From: the human T2T-CHM13v2.0 reference genome, Homo sapiens
Assembly: GCF_009914755.1 (NCBI RefSeq)
Contig: NC_060929.1
Length of the DNA stretch: 64,000 nt
Direction: 5' to 3' (one strand)
Under the pieces are notes generated by a model, which was not told the DNA's origin, did no database searches, and saw nothing but the letters and a program-made list of their open reading frames with translations. The position numbers were made by a program, and so were the translations under genes. Below, piece by piece: positions 55,781-64,000 of the stretch. Positions within the stretch are counted from its first letter, which is position 1; the number at the start of each line of letters is the position of its first letter.

Positions 55781-57004
55781 AATGCCTCTTTTTTGAAATA
55801 GGGAATGTAATAATTGGCCATTTGCCTACTTTATTATTTGGGTAACATTCCAGTATTACTCTCTGTGATTTAGCTTATTTAATGGTGTTAAACTGAGGTT
55901 ATATTAAATTTTTGATTCCCAGGTCAGGATTTTGTTGGTAATTTATATAATAAAAGGGAAATACAAATCGATCTTAGGTTTATTTCTATGATTTTTTTTT
56001 TTATCGTTAACTTGGAAAAAATACTTTTGCTCTTGCCCTTTGACATAGTAAATTTTTTTTCCCATGATTGATTAATCATCAAGAAAACTTAATTTATTCA
56101 AATTGAAGTTGTGGTTAATCAGATATTTAGGAGCTTCATTTTTGTTTTTTTTCCTCTAGGTCTGTAACCTAAAACAGAAGTGTTTGCCTCAGTAAGTGTT
56201 TTGGTGACCAGTATTGGTCTTATTTAGAATGAATAAAAGAATATTTGAAATTGAATATAATACCATGAAATTTGTAGTATAGGAAGTACTCCCAATTTAT
56301 TCTGGTGCTTTGACTATCATATAGCCTAGCAGAAATGGGATAAAAGGTAGTTCTGATTAGTAATTGTATATGTGAATCGAATTTATTTTGTAAGTAGTGA
56401 AATGCTGCTTGCCATTTAAAATGTAATGAGGTCATTACATTTTAGGACTTTGTGTAAGATGTGGGACAGTAACTAGCTACTGAGTATTTTCCTCTGCTCA
56501 CTGTTGGAATACCAGTGATGTTAAAATGCTGTAAAACACTCCAAACTGGTAGTCTGTTTGGCCTCTAGACTTTGGTGAAAGGGTGATGCTCTTTTTAAAT
56601 CAACATTTAAAAAACAGTATTTCCATAAAAGTGTATTTCTGGATTTTTGAAAAATTGTTCTGAGTGGTTCTATATCTCTTCATTGAAGAAAATAGCTGTG
56701 TAGGCCACTCCCCACTATATCATTAGATTTCTTATATGGCCCTTCTGTACAACTACTGATTTGCTAAAAACTTAACATTTTGATATTTTTGTTTCTCGAC
56801 TACTGCCTCACTTTAGGCTCTTCAACAGTCACCTGACAACTGCTTAATTATGGTGCAACCTTAATTTATATGACTTTGCTCATATATCCCCTGTACTTGT
56901 ATGTCATTGTTTTTTGATTATTCAGTGATAAATCAGGTATCCTGTATTGAGAGAGTTCCTTGTATGGAACATAAAGGTTTTTTATCTTTGGAAAAAGTTG
57001 AAGC

Positions 57005-57286
57005 GGCCAGGCATGATGGCTCATGCCTGTAATCCCAGCACTTTGGGAGGCCAAGGCGCACGGATCACGAGGTCAAGAGATCAAGACCATCCTGGCCAAC
57101 ATGGTGAAACCCCGTCTCTACTAAAAATACAAAAAAACTAGCTGGGAATGGTGGCATGTGCCTGTAGTACCAGCTACTCAGGAGGCTGAGGCAGGAGAAT
57201 CACTTGAACCTGGGAGGCGGAGGTTGCATTGGGCTGCGAACATGCCATCGCACTCCAGCCTGGGTGATGGAGCGATACTCCGTCTC
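57005..57286 (+). mobile_element. AluSc-like with essentially no poly(A) tail
   Basis: Dimeric Alu; CGTCTC is followed directly by the TSD AAAGT(T/A)GAAGC. Confidence 0.9.
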
Positions 57287-57660
57287 AAAGTAGAAGCAAG
57301 AGTAAGAGTTTAAGGTTCGTTAGATGATTTTGGTTTTCCTGGAAATTATGGTAAGGCTTACCTCACTGGATTGTTTTTGAGATCCAGTAAGTTATATAAA
57401 AACTTCTCACAAGTCCTAAATGAATATGAATTTTTTGGAGAGGATGTTCAAATATATATTAGGAATCAATAGTAACAGTTATGGGTAGCTAGGTCTAGCT
57501 AGAAAAGTATTTGAGGGATATATGTGAGTGAGAAAAAAACCTCCTCTGCCTGTCTTGTAATAGTACAGATTGTGCCATCCCCATAAAAAGCCTTCAGCAG
57601 GCTGGCTGTAAGTGCGTAAGTTTATTGTAAGTGGTAGAGGGTGTATAACTGCTTAGTTTC

Positions 57661-58032
57661 TGTGTTAGGGTTCTCTAGACAAGCAGATCAAGAGGATGCA
57701 CATAGAAAAAATTAAAATTGTCATCTGATTCTGGAGGCTTGGGTTGAAAATATGGGTATGCCCGCGGGCTGGAGACTCGGCAAAGGCAGTCGCTGTCAGA
57801 ATTCCTCCTTGCGGGAGGACCTCCTTGTGGTCAGTCTTTGTTCATTAAGATCTTCAACGAATTCAAGAAGCTTAGCCACATAAGGAGGATCAGCTTTACT
57901 CCAAGTCCACTGACTTAAATGGTAAACTCATGATAATTCAAGAAACACCTTCACAGAAATATCTAGAGGATTGTTGATCCAAATATTTGAGCACTGTGTC
58001 CTTGCCAAGTTGACACAAAATTAACCATAACA
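57661..58032 (-). mobile_element. MLT2 (ERVL) solo LTR
   Basis: TGTGTTAGGGTTCTCTAGA...CCAAGTTGACACAAAATTAACCATAACA. Confidence 0.8.
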
Positions 58033-58504
58033 GTAGTTCAGTTTTCTATTTCCCTAAACTGGTTTTTAAAATTCAAGCCAATATTTAAAACCAGGAGGTC
58101 TCCATAAAAATCCAGATTCTCGGGGAAAAAAAAAAAAATTACACTGGATGAACCCACAAATGCCCATGTGAAACTAATCAGGACCAAGTAAAAAGTTTGT
58201 ACCTTTTGCAGATGCTTCCCTAACTCACTAGAATACTGGAATAGGAATTTTGGTTAGAATCCAGGATTTGTTTTAAAGAGAAGTCACTATCACTGTTTCC
58301 GTAATTAAGTTATGGCCACAATGAAGGAAGTAATTCAAAATGTCTTAGGTTTTGCTGCAGAGACCATAGAGGTTAAGAATGTGGGCTCAGAACTAAGTCT
58401 TGGCTGGATTCAAAGCCAGGGTTGATAAATTCCTCGTCTTCGACAATCTGTACCTCCCTTTTATCTAATTTGGTGTAGTTGTGAAGATTAAAAATGAAAA
58501 TAGA

Positions 58505-58819
<315 letters not shown>

Positions 58820-59166
58820 CTAAATTGAGGCAAATTTTCTTAAGCTTTTAGTGTAGAGTGCTTAATTGAAACAAGCGAGATGGGGGAAGTATAATGGGCA
58901 TTGTGTAAGTCGTTAAAGTTGATCCCAGAGCAATTCTGCAATAGTTAATAGATTGGTCTGTGCTGTAGACACTGTGTCTTCAAAAGTGATGCCAGAATGA
59001 TAGTGCTAAAATGCAAGTCATCATTTTACTCACTGTAAGACACCTCACCATGACAATGGTCACTTCCCTATAGTTTCAGCCTCATCCCAGCCATATCACA
59101 CAGTTTTATGTACCACCTCCAAGTCTTAATTTAGCTCAGGTGCCACCTTTTCTATAAAGCCTTCCC

Positions 59167-59440
59167 TTTTTATTTTATTTTTTTAAGAGATAGGGTCTCG
59201 ATTTGTCACCCAGGCTGGAGTACAGTGGCACAATCATAGCTGGCTGCCACCCTCCAGGGGATCCTCCTGCCTCAGCATCTGGAGTAGTTGTGGCTACAGG
59301 GGCTTGTCACCATCCCTGGCTAGTACTTTTTATTTTTTGAGGAGACTGAGTCTCACTGTATTGCCCAGGCTGGTCTCATACTCCTGGCCGCAATTACTCC
59401 TCCTTTGAGAGATTATAGGCATGTGCCACCAAACCCAGTC
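59167..59440 (-). mobile_element. AluJ (degenerate)
   Basis: GCACAATCATAGCT, GATCCTCCTGCCTCAGC, GTCTCACTGTATTGCCCAGGCTGG are J-type features. Confidence 0.8.
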
Positions 59441-62400
59441 CCTTCCTGATTTAACACACTCCACATAAATCTCTAACACCCTGTAAACAGCCTTATAATT
59501 CAGCAGGTACTGTAATTACTGATTTCCTTATCTACCTTTCATACCAGCTTGTGATCTTTCTGAGCCCAGAGAGCCTTCTTTATTCATGTATCCTGCATCT
59601 ATAATTTAGCTGGTGATCCATTAACACTCTATTCTATTAATCCTTTCAATAATCTGAAGCCAAGAATAAAAATTACCTAAAAACAAATTCTAGGCCTCTT
59701 ACGCACTAAATGTATGTTTCAATGCTTTATGAATAAAAATGAATTTTTCCTGGATAGTTGGAAATTGGTTCTCCCACCAAACATAAATGTATTGAAATAA
59801 TCCAGTTGAAAAAAAATGAGTTTAAATTTGCACCAAAATGTAACTCAACTATGTCACCACTGTTTAGTCTATCTGATATCTCTTTTTCTTTGCAGACAAA
59901 CCCTTAATGAAGGAAAGTGTGTTGATATACATTCCAGGAAAGCTCTTCATCTTATATCAAGCCAGCATTTTAAGAAGCACTGGCTTAAAGAACTGGGGAA
60001 TTTTTTATTTTTTTTAATCTTGTGTAACAAAAGATGGAGCTCAGGAATTTTAGGGCCCTCCAAGTTCCTCAGCCTGTTTTTTCTAAACCATTTCTTTCAT
60101 TCTCATAAGATGGCTGCTACAGTTCCAGTTATCCCATACAGACTTGACAATACCCAGCAAGAAAAATTACTGTCTTTGTTATTTTTCAAAGTGAAGAAAG
60201 CTTTCCTTCAGACTATCCCTCATTAGTCACTGTCCAGAAAAGTGATAAATTCACTTCTGAATATAACACGGGCAAGGGAATAGCATGACAATGATTAAAT
60301 TTGATCAATTAGCATTTTCTCACAAGTCTTACGTGGGCAGAGGAGATACTGAAACAAGTCAGGATTCTACCAGAAAGGGAAGAGAAAGTGGCTATTGGGT
60401 ATGCAAAAGACACTGCCTGCTGCAATTATTCTATATACTATACTAAAAAGATGGACTGGAATGCCATAAAATGTAATAAGCCTTCATTTTAGTGTTTCCA
60501 ATAAATAAAGATCACAGCATAGGTCTTTAGAGTAAGCTATATAGAATAGAGCAGAAATACCGTTTATGCTTTTTCTTTCTGTCTCCTTTCAATAGAAAAT
60601 AATAATATGAGCTTTTATATGATTTATACTCTGCCTACATCAAAACCTTTTTAAAAACTTCATCTATTATCAAATGGTGTTTTGTTATCATAGCTATTGT
60701 AACGTTATAACCCAGAGGGAAGATAGCCACTTTCCATATATCTTAATACAGTGATGATTTTTTACTGAGTATATAATTCAAAAAATGTATAGTTGATTTG
60801 TGTGGTACCCACATTTCCTTCCTTAACCTGGTATAGTAATCATTAAGGCTTTTCATAAATATGACAGCTCTATTTCTGTACACATAGGATCAAAATCTAA
60901 CCCCTTTGCTTTGACAATAAAAAACTGAGAAGTTACATGCATTACCTCTACATGAAAGCTCTAAAAGGCAGTATACCCTTCACCAACTTCCCTTCTTCCT
61001 GCTACAGGGATATAGCCTCCATCAGCCTAGGTTCCTGAAAGACTCTGTAAGTGTAGCCCCATGTCAGATGTATAGAGTGAGCAAGAAATTTTCATTGTTA
61101 TAAGCATTTGGGGTTTGGGGATCATTAGTTACTGCAGTAAAAGTTGTCCTACCTTCAGAATACTTAAGCACTTCATATGTCCTTCAAAAGTATCACTTAT
61201 CTACTTCTCTGATTCTTCAGTCAAAGAATTGTGTCAACTAGATGATCTTTTAAGGACTCTTCCCAATTAAAGTGAATTGTATCTACAATTACAAATGTGG
61301 GTACCACACAAAAGCCTGACTCAGAGGTGGTAAGATCTCTTTTCAGCACTTTTCATGTGTGGACAGGGGCCAGAATGATGGAGATAAGTCATCTTGGGCT
61401 TTCAAAGTGGTTTTCAGATGCAGCTCTGAGCAACTACCTACTAGCCATTTCCACCTTATCTCTCATTTTCATGGACTCTATTTACCCATTGTATACTTTT
61501 GTAAAAATTGGAAAGTGAGTCTCTTCTTCCAGAGGGACACAGCATCATGCCAGAGCCCTCGTGCTTTCCTGTTCAGTACCTCTGTATCACTGTAAAACAG
61601 TACAGCTTTGTGTTACATTCCTGTACAGTCATCTCAACTTTGAATTTTGCAGATTATTCCTACTAAAATTCACTCCTCCCCCCAAATTTTCCCAGCTCTA
61701 ACAAAAGGTGGATAGCATAATTATTATGGGTTGAATAGGGGTCTGTATTTTTTAGAATAAGCTTTGTGTGTTTTCTTTGCTGGATTCCAAAACATAGCAC
61801 TATGCTTAGTAAATATTAAGCTTTCAACAAATATATTTAGATAGATGAAGGCATGGAAGAATACTAATCAGATTTAATGGCATCTTCGAGTTTAAAAGCA
61901 TTAGAAACCAGTCTAGGAAGTTCTCTACTTGATGCATCCCTCTCTAAGGAGGACCAGGAGGTGATTGTTAAGTACCCATATATTGATAAATTTATCAGGG
62001 TTATCTTAACCCTAATTAGCTTAGTATTATCAAAAAAATTTCCCATTCATTATGTTGTGAGAGGGATTTTATACCATCTATGAAACTGCCTAGTGTGAAA
62101 TCTTTATTCACGCTCCAGCCTTCATACTAGCTACCAAAACAATTGTTTAAAAGTGATTGTTTATTTTCCCCAGACAGAATATATACTAAGTTGAACCATA
62201 TGAAATTACTGAATTTTACTGTTTTTTTAACCCATCAGATGGTAATTTCTGATGGTTCAGTGGTCATAGTTTCCCTTTTCAGTTACTGGACCACCCGTAG
62301 AGTTCCTTTCACCCATATATATATATATACACCTGTTTTGGGAAATTGTGGATTTTACCAACACCAAAAATTGACTAATTGGGTTGTATACACTCAGTAT

Positions 62401-62859
62401 AGCAGAACTAATTCTGCTTAATCTTGGTACCATTATTTCATTACCAATTATACAACAGATGGTCTGAAATTCCCAAATGTTGCCTTTTACTAAGAGTCTG
62501 CGCTTTGGGGAAATAGTTCTGAATTACACAGCTCTGAAATCCATTACTTTTGGATGCAGAGTACAATGAACTTACAGCAAGACTATGGCTTGCAATGTTT
62601 TTCATTGTGGGATTTAATGTAAATTATCTGGATTTTAGAAAAGGAATTCTAAGTATTTCCATGTTTTCATAGGAAAAAAATGGACTTATTTTAAATCTAA
62701 ATCTCCCTTCACATCCTCCAAAAAAAATCATGCTGATTGTCAGGAAAAGAAAATTCACTCATAACCTATACCTTTAATGTAGCTAGGAAATAGATTTTAA
62801 ATTACCTACCAATAGGAAAATAAACACTTGAGACAAGCAAAATTGTATCTAGAGCCTAC

Positions 62860-64000
62860 ACCCAATGGGAGACAAGCAGAGATGAGGGCAAGATGGGAAT
62901 ATAGATGAGGGATGTAGGGTAGGGAGAATGGGGATGGTAAAATACAGATAAAATTGCTCAAACCAAGTGCCACTCAGAGCAAGAAAATACTGAGAGTTAG
63001 TTTGAGCTCTTGTAGGTGACTGATGGGGAATTGAAAGACAGGAACTTGAAAATCAATGGAGCCCAAGGCAAGAGTTTCAGAATGGCACCACTTCCAAGTA
63101 AATAGAAGTGTCAAGAAGATTGCGCCCTTGGTGCCTTAGAGGTAAAAGAAGAAAAAGGAAGCAAAAGGGGGAAATGAATATTCCTGTTAAAACAAAAAGA
63201 GGGTCACAAAATCAGAAGACACCAAGTTTTTCCCAACCAAACAAGTACATTGGTTAAAGAAACTATAATATTTCACCATATCAAGTGAAATACCCTTGAA
63301 CAAAAAAACCTAGTTATCTTCCTCAAATTCTCAAAGGTTAATAATAATTATATTAGCACATAAAAAATCAAAGCAAAAATATGACAGATGACAGTCACAT
63401 AAAGTTATTATAAGAATAAAGTAGAAATTTAGAAGCCTAACATTTTATTTCAGCTGATGAAAATTCTGCCCCTAATAAATACCATTCATGCAGCAGAAAA
63501 AATCCCTAACACAACCTAATCTGAATTAACCTCAAACAACCATTTGCAAATATTAGGGGAGAAAAAACACCATAAATTAGAAATTCAAAAATTTAGAACA
63601 GGAACAGAATGGGGAAGCGATGGGAAACAAGAGTCAACCAAACGGGGAGAAAAAATACATGAAAAACACAGTAATCTTTTAAATTGTAAGATGCCTAAGG
63701 ATAGATTTGCCTAAAAGTTTAATAAAGGAACTGGAAGAAAGGTATATAACAGCTAAGAAATAAATACAAATCAAAGACAGAGAAAGGTAAAATGTGCATA
63801 CAACGAAATGCACAAAATCATAATTGTTCAATGAGTTTAGACAAATGTATCTGTATAATGCAAATGCCTATTAAAATACAGAACGTTACCTTAATCTTTA
63901 AAGTTCTCTCATGTCCTTTGCCAGTCAATCCCTGTCCCCAACTTCCAGAAGCAATAAATGTTACGATTTTCACCATAGGTTATTGTAGTCTTTTCTAGAA
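62860..64000. mobile_element. Old L1-derived sequence: 5'/ORF1-like part on +, L1ME 3' end on - from ~63790
   Basis: CAAGATGG start and A-rich strand bias, then TTCAATGAGTTTAGACAAATG...CAGAACGTTACC...AAAGTTCTCTCATG. Confidence 0.5.

Overview
Primate genomic DNA, almost certainly human: the spliced protein matches human COX7C as I recall it. The only host protein-coding gene is COX7C (+ strand, three exons, ~52.95-55.8 kb). It has a CpG-rich promoter with two ZNF143-type motifs, and its 3'UTR intron carries a box C/D snoRNA (SNORD138, once annotated as miR-3607). The rest is repeat-rich intergenic DNA. A deleted class I (HERV-E/HERV3-like, tRNA-Glu PBS) provirus at 197-6056 has a solo LTR12 (ERV9) nested in its gag. 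There are also MER41, THE1/MST/MLT LTRs, several L1s, about a dozen Alus, L2/MIR relics and microsatellites. I see no new gene system. The most unusual structures are a 5'-truncated L1PA flanked by a ~310-bp direct duplication (a giant TSD), an inverted copy of part of a nearby THE1 LTR, a multiply deleted ERV with apparently in-frame junctions, an Alu left monomer inserted into another Alu's linker, a tailless Alu, local duplications and the snoRNA's guide complementarities. Repeat subfamily names are by eye and need RepeatMasker/Dfam confirmation.
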